NCBI GenBank assembly: GCA_027063105.1
Contig: JAMOSL010000028.1
Location: 2,886 to 66,885 of the forward strand
Length of the DNA stretch: 64,000 nt
Source: Campylobacteraceae bacterium
GTDB lineage: Bacteria > Campylobacterota > Campylobacteria > Campylobacterales > Sulfurovaceae
Reading direction: 5' to 3'
Part shown: positions 20,498 to 31,808 of the stretch, piece after piece
Position numbering within the stretch: the first letter of the stretch is position 1
Layout: each line of letters opens with the position of its first letter
Notes under the pieces: model-generated
Databases searched by the model: none
What the model was told of the DNA's origin: nothing
The model's input: only the letters and a program-made list of their open reading frames with translations
Program-made: the position numbers and the translations under genes

Positions 20498-21604
20498 TCA
20501 TATTTGTTTTGAACTATGTCTAGATATAGCTATTAAAGATAATATAGCTATCAGTGCCTCTATCAAGAACATACTCTCTCCATATATTTTTCCTGCCAAT
20601 AATGCCCCTACTGAACCACCTAATCCAAATGCTATTCCTAAAAAGAATTGTTGAGCTAGTTTTTTTTGAGTATAGAGAGAAAATACATAAGATATTGATG
20701 CTGTATGATATAGTGCAAAAGTTATAGCATGAAGAGATTGTGATATAAAAATCATAGTTATAGAATTTGGATATAAATATAGTATCAACCATCTAATAAC
20801 CGTCATAATAATAGCAAATTGTATTATGGTTAACAGATTTCTTTGGAGCAGAGAACCTTGAAAATATAACATTATAATTTCGCATACAACCCCAAAACTC
20901 CACATCCAACTAGTCATCTCTAAAGATATTCCATGGCTTGTTTCATATATTGTAAAAAAATTATAAAATCCACCAAAACTAACTTGCATGAAAAATATGC
21001 TAATCCAAAACCAAGGATATTTTATAATAGAAAAAGGTTCTTGATGATCTGTTGTTTCCATTTTTGTATCTTGGTCATAATATATAATCATTGTTCCAAA
21101 AATCGCTGTTAATAGCGTAAATGAGATTAAGTAATATAGAGCTTCATATGCTGAAGTAAGAACTTGTCCTAGCCATAAAGCTGTTAACATAAATCCGATA
21201 GAGCCATATAATCTAATTTTTCCATATCGGCTTTTAGATAGAGTATGCAGAGATATAGTTTCTACATAAGGAAGAGATATTCCCATACTTGCCCCAAATA
21301 GTAAATTTGCTAATAAATATAGCCAAAAATTATCTATTGTTCCTAAGAATATAATAGTTGATAGTAAAGATAAAAATAGAGATATTACAAATATTTTATG
21401 GTCAAGAGTTATAAATCTACGAAATACAAATGGTATTATAAAACGCATGAATGGTGCAGATGCATATATTATTCCAACTTCAACATTATTATAATTAAAG
21501 TCTAGTAGTAATTTTGGCATAAAAATAATATATACAGCAACTAAAGAGAAATAAAATAGATAATAGAGAGCTAAGGGTATCTCTATTAAGATTTTTGATT
21601 GCAT
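20498..21604 (-). CDS. MFS-type transporter
   Basis: 368 aa with about 12 predicted TM helices in two 6-helix halves. No specific family recognised. Confidence 0.65.
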   Translation of the reverse strand: MQSKILIEIPLALYYLFYFSLVAVYIIFMPKLLLDFNYNNVEVGIIYASAPFMRFIIPFVFRRFITLDHKIFVISLFLSLLSTIIFLGTIDNFWLYLLANLLFGASMGISLPYVETISLHTLSKSRYGKIRLYGSIGFMLTALWLGQVLTSAYEALYYLISFTLLTAIFGTMIIYYDQDTKMETTDHQEPFSIIKYPWFWISIFFMQVSFGGFYNFFTIYETSHGISLEMTSWMWSFGVVCEIIMLYFQGSLLQRNLLTIIQFAIIMTVIRWLILYLYPNSITMIFISQSLHAITFALYHTASISYVFSLYTQKKLAQQFFLGIAFGLGGSVGALLAGKIYGESMFLIEALIAILSLIAISRHSSKQI

Positions 21605-21606
21605 AT

Positions 21607-22128
21607 TTATTGTTCTAAAGTTTTATCTTGATTCGTCTTAATAAGAACTGTTCCTGATAATAAATCATGGAGAGATTTTCTATCATCTCTAAAAAATGCC
21701 ATAAATAATCCGAAAATAGATATTATGGATAATATTTCAAAATAGTATCTAAGTATTATTGCTAAAGGATGAGGTTTTTGGAGTGTTTTACTATCAACTA
21801 ATTTTATTGCATAAGCTCTACATCCAGGAGTTTGCCCACTTCTCCAAAAAAATAAAAATATAATTATAAAGTTAGGTATTAAAATATATAGCCAACCCTC
21901 TATTTTATGTTCTTGAAACTCTTGCAGAGAACCTATAATTAAATATGTAACAATATACATCAGTGGCATTAAAAGCATAAATAAATCTGTAATAAAAGCT
22001 TTTATTTTTAATCCTATAGGAGCATAATTTATAGATAATTTTATTGAATAATTATTCTTTGTTTTATCGGATATATTGCCTTTTTTAATATCTCTGAATC
22101 TTGGTTTCTTTGCCATAATAGTTTCCAT
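21607..22128 (-). CDS. RDD-family membrane protein
   Basis: 173 aa with three TM segments and a conserved R..D..D-like pattern (FRDDRKSLHDLLSGT). Confidence 0.55.
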   Translation of the reverse strand: METIMAKKPRFRDIKKGNISDKTKNNYSIKLSINYAPIGLKIKAFITDLFMLLMPLMYIVTYLIIGSLQEFQEHKIEGWLYILIPNFIIIFLFFWRSGQTPGCRAYAIKLVDSKTLQKPHPLAIILRYYFEILSIISIFGLFMAFFRDDRKSLHDLLSGTVLIKTNQDKTLEQ

Positions 22129-22169
22129 TTATAATAAGTTCTAAAATTAATTTATATTTTTTTGAAGAG

Positions 22170-22201
22170 GTGAAGAAAGAGATTATTAAACCGTTGAAAG
22201 C
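22170..22201 (-). terminator. AT-rich 10-bp hairpin after the outer-membrane protein gene
   Basis: agattattaa-(12 nt)-ttaataatct is a perfect inverted repeat 26 nt 3' of the stop at 22227. There is no strong U-tract. Confidence 0.35.
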
Positions 22202-22226
22202 TTAATAATCTATATAATTTAGTTGA

Positions 22227-22931
22227 TTAGAATTTATAACTTACAGCCACAGTTACAGTATCAACTGAAGAATCATTTTCTATAGCATACTCTGTGCCAT
22301 TAACACCTAGAAGACTATCATAAGAAGCATCAGCAATAACTACATAATCAAGAGATACAGATACATTTTGGTTAAATGCAAATCCTGCACCTAAACCCCA
22401 AGAGAAACCATCTTTATCTGTTGTACCTGAAATAGCACCATAATTTACATCATATGTAGCTATAGAATAACCTAAAAGTGCATATAAATTAAATGTATCA
22501 GATATTGAATAAGATGGTTTGGCATAAATACCATAAGCGCTTAAATCTGCTGAACCTTGTCCACCCAAATTTTTATCAAGTGCAGGAACATCTTCATCTC
22601 CCATACCTTTCCAATATCTATATTCAACTGCTAAATATTCATTTATTTTATAACCAATTTGAAACATTACTGTATCATAGTCCAAATCTAAATTAGAATT
22701 ATATTCATATTGAACATTAGTTATATGATTTTCTGCTGTTATAGTTCTTTCAAAACCTAATGCTCCATAACCTAATCCTAGATAAAAACCAGCTTCATTT
22801 ACTATTACTTCTTCTTCCATCATTGCAGGAACTTCTACTATAGGCTCTTCTATTGGAACAATATCTCCACCTGCAAAAGTGAACGAACTCATTGCTAATA
22901 TAGTTGTTAATGATAATACAATTTTTTTCAT
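22227..22931 (-). CDS. Outer-membrane beta-barrel protein (OmpA-beta-barrel/Opa-like family)
   Basis: 234 aa with a signal peptide (MKKIVLSLTTILAMSSFTFA), alternating amphipathic strands and the C-terminal ...VSYKF aromatic signature. Confidence 0.7.
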   Translation of the reverse strand: MKKIVLSLTTILAMSSFTFAGGDIVPIEEPIVEVPAMMEEEVIVNEAGFYLGLGYGALGFERTITAENHITNVQYEYNSNLDLDYDTVMFQIGYKINEYLAVEYRYWKGMGDEDVPALDKNLGGQGSADLSAYGIYAKPSYSISDTFNLYALLGYSIATYDVNYGAISGTTDKDGFSWGLGAGFAFNQNVSVSLDYVVIADASYDSLLGVNGTEYAIENDSSVDTVTVAVSYKF

Positions 22932-23035
22932 TTTAAATCCTTTTAAAAATTTCTTTTTTCTTATTTAATATAAATGAATTATATCATATTCTATTTATAA
23001 ATGTCAAGGGTTTTTTAAAATTTATTAACAAATAA

Positions 23036-23656
23036 TTAACAATGGGTTAATAAACACTCTTTAAATAGATATTTATGCTCATTTGGTAAAATATTATATA
23101 GTTCATTAGCTAAATCTCTAATTTCCCATAATGCACTTTTACTACTTCTAAGTGTAATAAAGTTTTGGAGACTTCTCGCATTAATCGTCCAAGTTAACTC
23201 CGTTCTATAACTTTCTGGTAGACAAAATTTAGCTATATCATTGCTAACACCTTTTTTTAAAATATCTTGTAGGTTATTAAGTGCTTGAATAGAAGCTGTA
23301 TCAACTAACTTATTATTCGTTAAAACTATGAATTTACTAGCTCCATGATAATCATCTTCTTTGAAAGACTCTATATTTTTTAATTCTTTAAGTGTATATC
23401 TAGTTGATTTTACACTAGGACTTGCAATTCTATGTCTGGCAAGTTCTTGAAGTAATGCACGGCTTACTCCTGTAATGTAAAAATTATAGGATAAGTGTTC
23501 TAAAGTTGAGGCATGTTTAAACTTATTTCCAACTCTATCAATTAGTTCTTTATCTTTCTCACCACCACTATCACTCTTATCAAAACTACTCCAACAAGTC
23601 CTAATAGCATGAGAACATACTTCTAATGGTGTATAGTGTAAAAGTGTAACTTTCAT
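23036..23656 (-). CDS. thyX: Flavin-dependent thymidylate synthase
   Basis: ThyX motif RHRIASPSVKSTRY. I chose the start at MKVTLLHYTP (AAGGA 6 nt upstream) rather than the longer track ORF that begins at 23695. Confidence 0.92.
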   Translation of the reverse strand: MKVTLLHYTPLEVCSHAIRTCWSSFDKSDSGGEKDKELIDRVGNKFKHASTLEHLSYNFYITGVSRALLQELARHRIASPSVKSTRYTLKELKNIESFKEDDYHGASKFIVLTNNKLVDTASIQALNNLQDILKKGVSNDIAKFCLPESYRTELTWTINARSLQNFITLRSSKSALWEIRDLANELYNILPNEHKYLFKECLLTHC

Positions 23657-23717
23657 ACAAATCCTTTTAAAATTGCTTTTACGATATAATAGCATTATTA
23701 AATAAAAAAGATAAAAT

Positions 23718-25103
23718 ATGATAAAAAAAGTAGCTATATTAGGTCGTCCTAATGTCGGGAAGAGTTCCCTATTTAACCGTTTGGCAAGAGTTCGAGATGC
23801 GATTACATCAGATGTATCTGGAACTACTAGAGATGTAAAAAAACGAATTGTAACAATTTCTGGAGATAGAGATTTTGAGGTTCTTGATACAGGTGGTATT
23901 GATTATAGTTCTGAACTATTCAGTAAAGTAGCAGAGCTTTCTTTAAGAGCTGGAGCAAATGCAGATGTTATTATATATATGGTAGATGGAAAAAGTATAC
24001 CAGCTGATGAAGATAAAGAACTTTTTTACCGTCTTCAAGAGCTTAATATTCCATTAGCATTAGTTGTTAACAAAATAGATAATGATAAAGAAGAAGAAAA
24101 CTATTGGGATTTTTTAGAGTTTGGAGCAGATAGAACATTTCCTATGTCAGTTAGTCATAATAGGTACTTTAATGATGTTTATGAGTGGCTTGAGGAGTAT
24201 ATTCCAAAAAGAGTTGTTGTAGAGCAAGAGATTTCTCAATCGAAAGATATTCATAATTTTGAAGAAAGTCTAATAGATATTAATACACAAGATGAAGAGA
24301 TAGACAATGATATTAGAGTAGCTATTATTGGAAGAGTAAATACTGGTAAAAGTTCCCTTCTTAATTCTCTTTTAGGTGAAGAACGCTCAGTAGTTAGTGA
24401 TGTAGCTGGTACAACCATTGACCCTATTGATGAAATGATAGAACATAATAATTATAATATTACATTTATAGATACAGCAGGGATTAGAAGGAGAAGTAAA
24501 ATAGTTGGCATAGAAAAATATGCATTAGGAAGAACAACAGCTATTTTGGAGAAAGCTAACCTTGTATTATTAATGATTGATGCAACAGTTGGTGTCACAG
24601 AACTAGATGAGAGGGTTGCAGGACTTATTGATAAACACCGTTTAGCTTGTTTAATAGTAATTAATAAATGGGATATTCGAGAAGATAAAAATTATGAAGA
24701 TGCAGTTAATGATATTCGAGATGAATTAAAATTTTTGCACTATGCACCATTAATTACAATATCAGCAAAAACGGGAATGAGAGTACATAAAATATTAGAT
24801 CAAATTACGGCTATATTTGAGAGATACAAGCAACGAATTTCAACATCTAAACTAAATGATGTATTAAGAGAAGCGATAAATAGACATCATCTACCATCTT
24901 ATAATGGAGCTTATGTAAAAATTAAATTTGCAACACAATATGAAACGAAACCACCTAAAATTGCTTTAATTAGTAATAGACCTGATGGAGTACATTTTAG
25001 TTATAAACGATATTTATCTAATTTTATAAGAAGTAGATTTGATTTTGAAGGTGTACCTTTAGATATAGTAGCTAGAAAAAGAGGAGAAAGGTTAGAAGAG
25101 TAA
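23718..25103 (+). CDS. der: Ribosome-biogenesis GTPase Der/EngA
   Basis: Two tandem G domains (GRPNVGKSS and GRVNTGKSS P-loops; DTGG and DTAG; NKID and NKWD) plus a KH-like C-terminus. Confidence 0.93.
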   Translation: MIKKVAILGRPNVGKSSLFNRLARVRDAITSDVSGTTRDVKKRIVTISGDRDFEVLDTGGIDYSSELFSKVAELSLRAGANADVIIYMVDGKSIPADEDKELFYRLQELNIPLALVVNKIDNDKEEENYWDFLEFGADRTFPMSVSHNRYFNDVYEWLEEYIPKRVVVEQEISQSKDIHNFEESLIDINTQDEEIDNDIRVAIIGRVNTGKSSLLNSLLGEERSVVSDVAGTTIDPIDEMIEHNNYNITFIDTAGIRRRSKIVGIEKYALGRTTAILEKANLVLLMIDATVGVTELDERVAGLIDKHRLACLIVINKWDIREDKNYEDAVNDIRDELKFLHYAPLITISAKTGMRVHKILDQITAIFERYKQRISTSKLNDVLREAINRHHLPSYNGAYVKIKFATQYETKPPKIALISNRPDGVHFSYKRYLSNFIRSRFDFEGVPLDIVARKRGERLEE

Positions 25104-25114
25104 TCTTCTAACCT
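25089..25114. terminator. Bidirectional rho-independent terminator between convergent der and fusA
   Basis: aggttagaaga-gtaa-tcttctaacct forms an 11-bp perfect stem, followed by cttttaaa. It overlaps the der stop and lies 12 nt from the fusA stop. Confidence 0.6.
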
Positions 25115-25125
25115 CTTTTAAATTA

Positions 25126-27207
25126 TTAACCGTTTCTCTTTGCAATAATTTCTTTTGCAACATTTTGAGGAACTTCATCATAATGGTCAAATTCCATAGC
25201 ATAAGTAGCACGACCTTGAGTCATACTTCTTAGGTCTGTAGAATATCCGAACATTTCTGATAATGGAACAAATGCGTCTATAATCTTGTTACCAGATCTA
25301 TCACCCATTCCACTTACTTGACCTCTTCTTTTAGAGATGTCACCAATAACATCACCCATATAATCTTCAGGTACTTCAACTTCAACCTTCATTCTTGGTT
25401 CAAGAATAACTGGTTTAGCTTCTCTACAACCATCTCTAAAACCCATTGAACCAGCAAGTTTAAATGCCATTTCAGATGAATCTACATCATGATATGAACC
25501 ATCATAAAGAGTTACTTTAATATCTTCAATAGGATAACCAGCTTGGATACCTCTACCCATTGCTTCTGAAATACCTTTATTAACTGCAGGAATAAATTCT
25601 TTTGGAATTACACCACCTTTAATAGAGTCAACAAATTCGTAACCATCACCTGCTTTTTGAGGTTCAATTTTAAGATATACATGTCCAAACTGACCTCTAC
25701 CACCAGACTGTTTAGCATATTTATATTCTTTCTTAACAGATTCTCTAATAGTCTCTCTATAGGCAACTTGAGGTGCACCAATATCAGCTTCAACTTTAAA
25801 TTCTCTCATCATTCTATCAACAAGAATTTCAAGGTGAAGTTCACCCATTCCAGAGATAATAGTTTGACCAGATTCTTCATCTGTAGCTACTCTAAATGAT
25901 GGATCTTCTTGAGCTAGTTTACCTAATGCAATACCCATTTTCTCTTGGTCAGCTTTTGTTTTTGGTTCAACAGCAACAGAGATAACTGGATCTGGAAACT
26001 CCATTCTTTCAAGAATAACTCTATCTTTTTCACCTGCAAGTGTATCACCTGTAAGTGTACTTTTAAGACCAACAACTGCACCAATCTCACCTGCATAGAT
26101 AGCATCAACTTCTTCTCTTTTAATGGCGTGCATCTTAAGAAGTCGTCCGATACGCTCTTTTTTACCTTTAGTTGTGTTATATACATAAGAGCCAGAATGA
26201 AGTACGCCACGGTATACACGAATAAATGTTAACTGACCAACGAAAGGATCAGTCATAATCTTAAATCCAAGTGCAGCAAACTCACCATCATCAGTAGACT
26301 CTACAATAACCTCTGTACCATCTTCATACTCACCTCTAATCTCTTCAACCTCAGTTGGAGCAGGGAGGTAATCAACAACAGCATCAAGAAGAGTCTGAAC
26401 ACCTTTATTTTTAAAGGCAGTACCACAAGTCATAGGAATCATAGAGATAGCTAAAGTTGCAGCCTTGATACCAGCTTTGATTTCATCTTCGCTAAGGGCT
26501 TCGCCCTCCATGAATTTTTCCATCAACTCATCACTAGTCTCAGAGACTGCTTCTATAAGCTTTTCTCTATACTCTTCAGCGAGTTCTACCAAATCTTCAG
26601 GAATAGCAGTCTCTTCAAACTCTTGACCCATCAATGATTGATCATCATTCCAGATAGTTGCTTTCATTGTCACAAGGTTAATAATACCTTTGAAGTTCTC
26701 TTCAGCACCAATAGGGATTTGAATAGGAACAGCATTTGATTTTAGTCTTTCATTGATTTGTCTTTCAACTTCAAAGAAATCTGCACCAGTTCGGTCCATT
26801 TTATTAACAAATACCATTCTTGGAACACGGTATTTGTTTGCTTGTCTCCAAACAGTCTCAGATTGTGGTTGAACCCCACCAACTGAACAAAATACTGCAA
26901 CAGCACCATCAAGAACTCTCATAGATCGCTCAACTTCGATAGTAAAGTCAACATGCCCAGGAGTATCAATAATATTAATCTGGTGACCTTCCCACTCACA
27001 AGTAGTTGCAGCAGAAGTAATAGTAATACCTCTCTCTTGCTCTTGTTCCATCCAGTCCATTGTTGCAGCACCATCATGTACTTCACCAATTTTATGAGAT
27101 ACACCTGTATAGAATAAAATTCTTTCAGTTGTAGTTGTTTTACCTGCATCAATGTGAGCTGCGATACCAATATTTCTTACTTTATCAAGATTGTGACTTC
27201 TTCCCAT
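25126..27207 (-). CDS. fusA: Elongation factor G
   Basis: 693 aa with [15 protein letters not shown] and DTPGHVDF; full EF-G architecture. Confidence 0.97.
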   Translation of the reverse strand: MGRSHNLDKVRNIGIAAHIDAGKTTTTERILFYTGVSHKIGEVHDGAATMDWMEQEQERGITITSAATTCEWEGHQINIIDTPGHVDFTIEVERSMRVLDGAVAVFCSVGGVQPQSETVWRQANKYRVPRMVFVNKMDRTGADFFEVERQINERLKSNAVPIQIPIGAEENFKGIINLVTMKATIWNDDQSLMGQEFEETAIPEDLVELAEEYREKLIEAVSETSDELMEKFMEGEALSEDEIKAGIKAATLAISMIPMTCGTAFKNKGVQTLLDAVVDYLPAPTEVEEIRGEYEDGTEVIVESTDDGEFAALGFKIMTDPFVGQLTFIRVYRGVLHSGSYVYNTTKGKKERIGRLLKMHAIKREEVDAIYAGEIGAVVGLKSTLTGDTLAGEKDRVILERMEFPDPVISVAVEPKTKADQEKMGIALGKLAQEDPSFRVATDEESGQTIISGMGELHLEILVDRMMREFKVEADIGAPQVAYRETIRESVKKEYKYAKQSGGRGQFGHVYLKIEPQKAGDGYEFVDSIKGGVIPKEFIPAVNKGISEAMGRGIQAGYPIEDIKVTLYDGSYHDVDSSEMAFKLAGSMGFRDGCREAKPVILEPRMKVEVEVPEDYMGDVIGDISKRRGQVSGMGDRSGNKIIDAFVPLSEMFGYSTDLRSMTQGRATYAMEFDHYDEVPQNVAKEIIAKRNG

Positions 27208-27218
27208 AACTTAATTCC

Positions 27219-27704
<486 letters not shown>

Positions 27705-27733
27705 TTATAATCTAAAATGTTTGATTTACTCAA

Positions 27734-27763
27734 GTATTATCCCCTAAGGATTAATGATAATAC
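27734..27763 (-). promoter_or_regulatory. Hairpin in the rpsL-rpsG intercistronic spacer (candidate S7 translational operator)
   Basis: gtattatc-(14 nt)-gataatac forms an 8-bp stem inside the 108-nt spacer. The loop contains the palindrome cctaagg. Confidence 0.3.
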
Positions 27764-27795
27764 CTGCCTACTCTCGACTCTACTAGTTCTAATAA

Positions 27796-28167
27796 TTATT
27801 TAGGTTTTTTAGTACCATATTTAGAACGAGCAACTCTTCTGTTTGCAACACCTGAAGTATCTAATGCACCACGAACTATGTGATACTTAACACCAGGTAA
27901 ATCTTTTACTCTTCCGCCTCTTACTAGAACGATTGAGTGTTCTTGAAGGTTATGACCTTCACCACCAATATATGAAATTACTTCAAATCCACTAGTCAAT
28001 CTAACTTTAGCTACTTTTCTTAAAGCTGAGTTAGGTTTTTTAGGTGTAGTTGTATATACTCGTGTACATACTCCTCTTCTTTGTGGACAGCTTACTAAAG
28101 CTGGTGATTTTGATTTTTTAATCACTCTTTTTCGTTCTTTACGAATTAACTGATTTATAGTTGGCAA
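27796..28167 (-). CDS. rpsL: 30S ribosomal protein S12
   Basis: 123 aa, [13 protein letters not shown]...[11 protein letters not shown]. Confidence 0.97.
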   Translation of the reverse strand: MPTINQLIRKERKRVIKKSKSPALVSCPQRRGVCTRVYTTTPKKPNSALRKVAKVRLTSGFEVISYIGGEGHNLQEHSIVLVRGGRVKDLPGVKYHIVRGALDTSGVANRRVARSKYGTKKPK

Positions 28168-28209
28168 ATCGTCTCCTTTTTTATGTATGGTAAATTAAAA
28201 TAGTCAAAC

Positions 28210-28215
28210 ATTATA
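28210..28215 (-). promoter_or_regulatory. Candidate -10 box (TATAAT) of the str operon
   Basis: The minus strand reads tttacTATAATg, 43 nt upstream of the rpsL ATG and 8 nt after the stop of the preceding glycosyltransferase gene. Confidence 0.35.
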
Positions 28216-28222
28216 GTAAAAC

Positions 28223-28990
28223 TTACTTCATTTTAACTGAATACTTTAGTATTTCAAGTAGAAAAAGTGGTGTAGATATGAAGTTTCGTCTCCATAATCT
28301 TCTAGGCTCTTTGAAAAATCTAGGTAGCCACTCTAAGTGCATATTAATCCAAAAATTAGATGGCCTCACAATTTTATTAGCATAAAAATCAAATACAGCA
28401 CCTATAGATGAGGCAATTTTGAAATTTAATTTATCTCTATTCTTATATAACCATTTCTCCTGTTTAGGTGCAGTCATTCCAATAAAAAGAACATCAGGAG
28501 TAAATCTATTAATTCGTTCTATAATCTCACTATTTTCATTTTCTGAAAAAGTATCTTTAAATGGAGGAGAGTAACTATCTATTCTTATATTTGGATATTC
28601 TTTAAATATTTTTTGTTTTATAATATTCAATGTATCTTGAGATGCACCCATATAAAATACTTTACCATTAATATTATTTAATAATTCTAATAAATGTTGA
28701 TGTAAATTAGCACCAGCTATCTTTTTTATTTTTTTATTTTTTAATATTTTAGATGCTAGGATAATTCCACTTCCATCAGGTAGTAAAGTATCAGAATTAT
28801 TCAAAGCTTTATAAAAAACCTCATCATCTTTAGCCACCACAAAAGAGTGTGGATTAATGGTATTAATAATCTGCTTTTTATCATTTAATTTTATACTTGA
28901 TAGGTTATCAGTAAAAACTGAATATCCCATAATATCTATATTTTTATACATTATGACTCTCTTTAAATATGTTAAGAAAATTCTTTTCAA
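28223..28990 (-). CDS. WecG/TagA/CpsF-family glycosyltransferase (GT26)
   Basis: 255 aa with family-typical ...INTINPHSF..A..D..F...LN..D.LLPDGSGI... and GMTAPKQEKW. The true start may be Met14 (28951). Confidence 0.8.
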   Translation of the reverse strand: MKRIFLTYLKRVIMYKNIDIMGYSVFTDNLSSIKLNDKKQIINTINPHSFVVAKDDEVFYKALNNSDTLLPDGSGIILASKILKNKKIKKIAGANLHQHLLELLNNINGKVFYMGASQDTLNIIKQKIFKEYPNIRIDSYSPPFKDTFSENENSEIIERINRFTPDVLFIGMTAPKQEKWLYKNRDKLNFKIASSIGAVFDFYANKIVRPSNFWINMHLEWLPRFFKEPRRLWRRNFISTPLFLLEILKYSVKMK

Positions 28991-30044
28991 ATTTTCTTAG
29001 TGTAAAATGATTTAAATATCTATCTCTACAATATATAGAAGTTTCTCTATTTAATAAAGTATTAACAGCTTGATTCAAAGCATTTTCCAGATTATCCAAA
29101 TTATTTAAAATAATTCCACTTTTGTTATCTAAAATATATGGAATTGAACCTTCATCTGTAGATATGATAGGTATTCCATAAGATAAAGCTTCTAAAATAG
29201 TTAATGGAAAAGCTTCATTTTTATATCTTGTTGGAAACATAAATATATCACTTTTTTTAAATAAATCACTCTTCTCTTTTCCATTTATAAAACCATAAAA
29301 AACTACTTTTTTAGATAAATCATTTTCTTCTAAATATCTAAAAAATTCCTCCTTATCATCATCATCTTGCCAACCACCAGCAAAATGATAATATATCCCT
29401 CTATCTTTAGTTTTATTTGCTAATTCTAAAACAGAAAAATAGCCCTTAGACTTTATCATATTTGATAAATATAGTATATCAACTCTATCTTTTTTAACAA
29501 ATTCTATATTATTTAGAATATTTTCTACACCATTTGGAAGATAATATACTTTATCAAAAGATTTAATCTTATTGAAATCAGAAAATAATATTGGGCTAAG
29601 AAGTATTAAATTAACATTTTTTATAAAAAAAGAGGTGAGTTTTAGATTTCTTTCTGAAGATGATACAAAATTATTAATTCCTTTTGTATGATAATGGTAA
29701 TATATATTTACATTTTTAAATAATCTATAGATTTTCCATAATGATGATACAACTAAATCTCTATAAAATGCAACACCACTAATAGATGCTGTAAAATATA
29801 TTTTATTAGGACGAAAAGATATTAAAGCCCATAGAATTTTAATATATAGCTCTATAACCAAATATATCTTTTTAATACTAATTTTACCAATATCACTTAT
29901 AGTATCAGATGATTTAATAGTTATATAATAACAGTCGAATTCTTCATTTATATTTTGACTAGATGATATAAAATCTCCAACTTTAGATGCTCCATGAGCT
30001 GGTGGTGAGCGATGAAGAATGGATAATAATTTAATTTTTTGCAT
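28944..30044 (-). CDS. Glycosyltransferase family 1 (GT4-type)
   Basis: 366 aa with the C-terminal EAFPLTILEALSYGIPIISTDEGSIPYIL (E-x7-E region). Confidence 0.75.
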   Translation of the reverse strand: MQKIKLLSILHRSPPAHGASKVGDFISSSQNINEEFDCYYITIKSSDTISDIGKISIKKIYLVIELYIKILWALISFRPNKIYFTASISGVAFYRDLVVSSLWKIYRLFKNVNIYYHYHTKGINNFVSSSERNLKLTSFFIKNVNLILLSPILFSDFNKIKSFDKVYYLPNGVENILNNIEFVKKDRVDILYLSNMIKSKGYFSVLELANKTKDRGIYYHFAGGWQDDDDKEEFFRYLEENDLSKKVVFYGFINGKEKSDLFKKSDIFMFPTRYKNEAFPLTILEALSYGIPIISTDEGSIPYILDNKSGIILNNLDNLENALNQAVNTLLNRETSIYCRDRYLNHFTLRKFEKNFLNIFKESHNV

Positions 30045-31047
30045 ATTTTGTTCCTAATATATGTAATAATTTTTTTTCAAACAGATAACTACTATTATTT
30101 ATACTTTTTAATATAATCTCTTTAATTAAAAATAGTTGTAGTATATTTAGTATATTATTATCAATTTGTGATAATATATAATCAATTAAATCAACATTAT
30201 CTAATTTATTTAATAATTTACCAACCATATAATGATATTTTATTAAATCAAAATATTCAATTCCATCTTCTATAAAATACTCAAAATCAAATATTGTATA
30301 TTCTTCTTTATTTTTTATGATATTCCAAGGTGTAAAGTCACCATGTTCATATACTAGATTATACTTCTGTCTTGATATATTTATAATAGAATTAGTAACA
30401 TCAAGATATTCTTTTAAATTAATATCTTCTTTTAAACTTCCTAATATACTATTAATTCTAGGATGTTCAGATAATGAGTATTTGCTATTTCTACCTCTAC
30501 TAAAATCAGATAATATATTCTTTAATTTTGAGCTTGATATATTATCAATAATACCATTTAAAGGTTTTAAAATTATAAATGGTATTTCGTTAAAAGTTGA
30601 ATATAAAAGATACTCTTTAGATAAAATATCCATAGCATTCTTTTCATTTTTGATATGCTCTATACCTGTATTAGTAATAGGATATTTTAAGTAAGCAATA
30701 ACTCTATACTTCTTATCTTGAAGTTGAAGTACAACTTTATCTCTATCTGTTGCCAAATAGATTGATGATATTAAATTTTGATTTAATTTTTTTTCTAAAA
30801 AGTTTATAAACTTAGATTTCTCATATAAATTTGTTTTATATAAAACTCTACTAAATATATTGAGTTTACTAAATAAAAAATTTAAAAAAAATTTAAAAAA
30901 TTTACCATTCTTAGAAAAAGGATTATATAGATTAAAAGAGTTACTTGCTATTTGATTATTATCAATAGCTAAAAGTAATTTGGGATTATTTTTTGTTGGA
31001 ATAGATACATATCTATTTGATGAGGTAAAAAAATTAATATCTATCAC
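30031..31047 (-). CDS. Choline/ethanolamine-kinase or APH-fold small-molecule kinase (LicA-like)
   Basis: 338 aa. The catalytic-loop-like YEHGDFTPWNII and the IFDFEYF motif match the ChoK/APH HxDxxxxN and IDxEY signatures. Confidence 0.6.
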   Translation of the reverse strand: MIDINFFTSSNRYVSIPTKNNPKLLLAIDNNQIASNSFNLYNPFSKNGKFFKFFLNFLFSKLNIFSRVLYKTNLYEKSKFINFLEKKLNQNLISSIYLATDRDKVVLQLQDKKYRVIAYLKYPITNTGIEHIKNEKNAMDILSKEYLLYSTFNEIPFIILKPLNGIIDNISSSKLKNILSDFSRGRNSKYSLSEHPRINSILGSLKEDINLKEYLDVTNSIINISRQKYNLVYEHGDFTPWNIIKNKEEYTIFDFEYFIEDGIEYFDLIKYHYMVGKLLNKLDNVDLIDYILSQIDNNILNILQLFLIKEIILKSINNSSYLFEKKLLHILGTKYAKN

Positions 31048-31808
31048 TATTTAATCTTTATTTTAACTATGGTAAAAACTATCAATCTAAAAATATAAGA
31101 AAATATATTTTCAATGGTAGATAATCCTGCATATTTTCTAGCTATATATCCCTCTCTTAACCTCTTAAAGAAAGGCATATTTCCACTAATTCCACCTAGC
31201 CTAAAATTAGTTAGAGGTTTATTTATATAATAAAATTTATTTTTATCCTTTAATAAAGATTTAAGTACAAATTGATAATCTGCATGAGATGCCAAATTAA
31301 TATTATATATATGCTCTTTATACTCTTCATCTGAAATAAACATGGTTGGATGGCTAAATGTCATAGAGTAATATTTAAACTTTAATATAGAAGGATTGTA
31401 ATTAAATCTTCTTCTCTCTTTACTCTCTAAAATATCATATCTATCTCCATGGAATATAGATTTATTGGGATTTTCTTGATATGCTTTAACAACCATTTCT
31501 ATCGTATTAAATTCATACCAATCATCACTATTAACCATACCGATTAATTTACCTTTGGCTAACTTAATACCTTTATTCATAGCATCATAGAGACCTTTAT
31601 CTTCTTCACTAATCCAATAATTAATTATATCTCTATTATCTTTAATAATATCTATAGTTTTATCTGTTGAGCCACCATCTATAATTATATATTCAATATT
31701 TTGATAACTTTGTTCTTTTATACTATTTATAGTCTGCTGTAAATACTTTTCACCATTATATACAACTGTAATAATGCTTACTAATATATTATCTCTTTTC
31801 AAATTCAT
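31047..31808 (-). CDS. Glycosyltransferase family 2
   Basis: 253 aa with VSIITVVYNGEKYL...IIIDGGSTD...NSDD (DxD-type). Confidence 0.85.
   Translation of the reverse strand: MNLKRDNILVSIITVVYNGEKYLQQTINSIKEQSYQNIEYIIIDGGSTDKTIDIIKDNRDIINYWISEEDKGLYDAMNKGIKLAKGKLIGMVNSDDWYEFNTIEMVVKAYQENPNKSIFHGDRYDILESKERRRFNYNPSILKFKYYSMTFSHPTMFISDEEYKEHIYNINLASHADYQFVLKSLLKDKNKFYYINKPLTNFRLGGISGNMPFFKRLREGYIARKYAGLSTIENIFSYIFRLIVFTIVKIKIK

Noticed and set aside
25104-25125. Absence of tuf after fusA, considered as a truncated str operon.
   Set aside because: fusA is followed by a good bidirectional terminator. Separation of tuf from rpsL-rpsG-fusA is normal in Campylobacterota.
25608-26232. Cluster of four overlapping 61-98-aa ORFs on both strands, plus 26919-27170.
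   Set aside because: All lie inside fusA, whose EF-G translation is unambiguous. They are shadow frames.
30317-30694. 125-aa plus-strand ORF in the glycan locus.
   Set aside because: It is antisense to the kinase-like gene, has no ribosome-binding site, and its composition is an artefact of the very AT-rich sequence.
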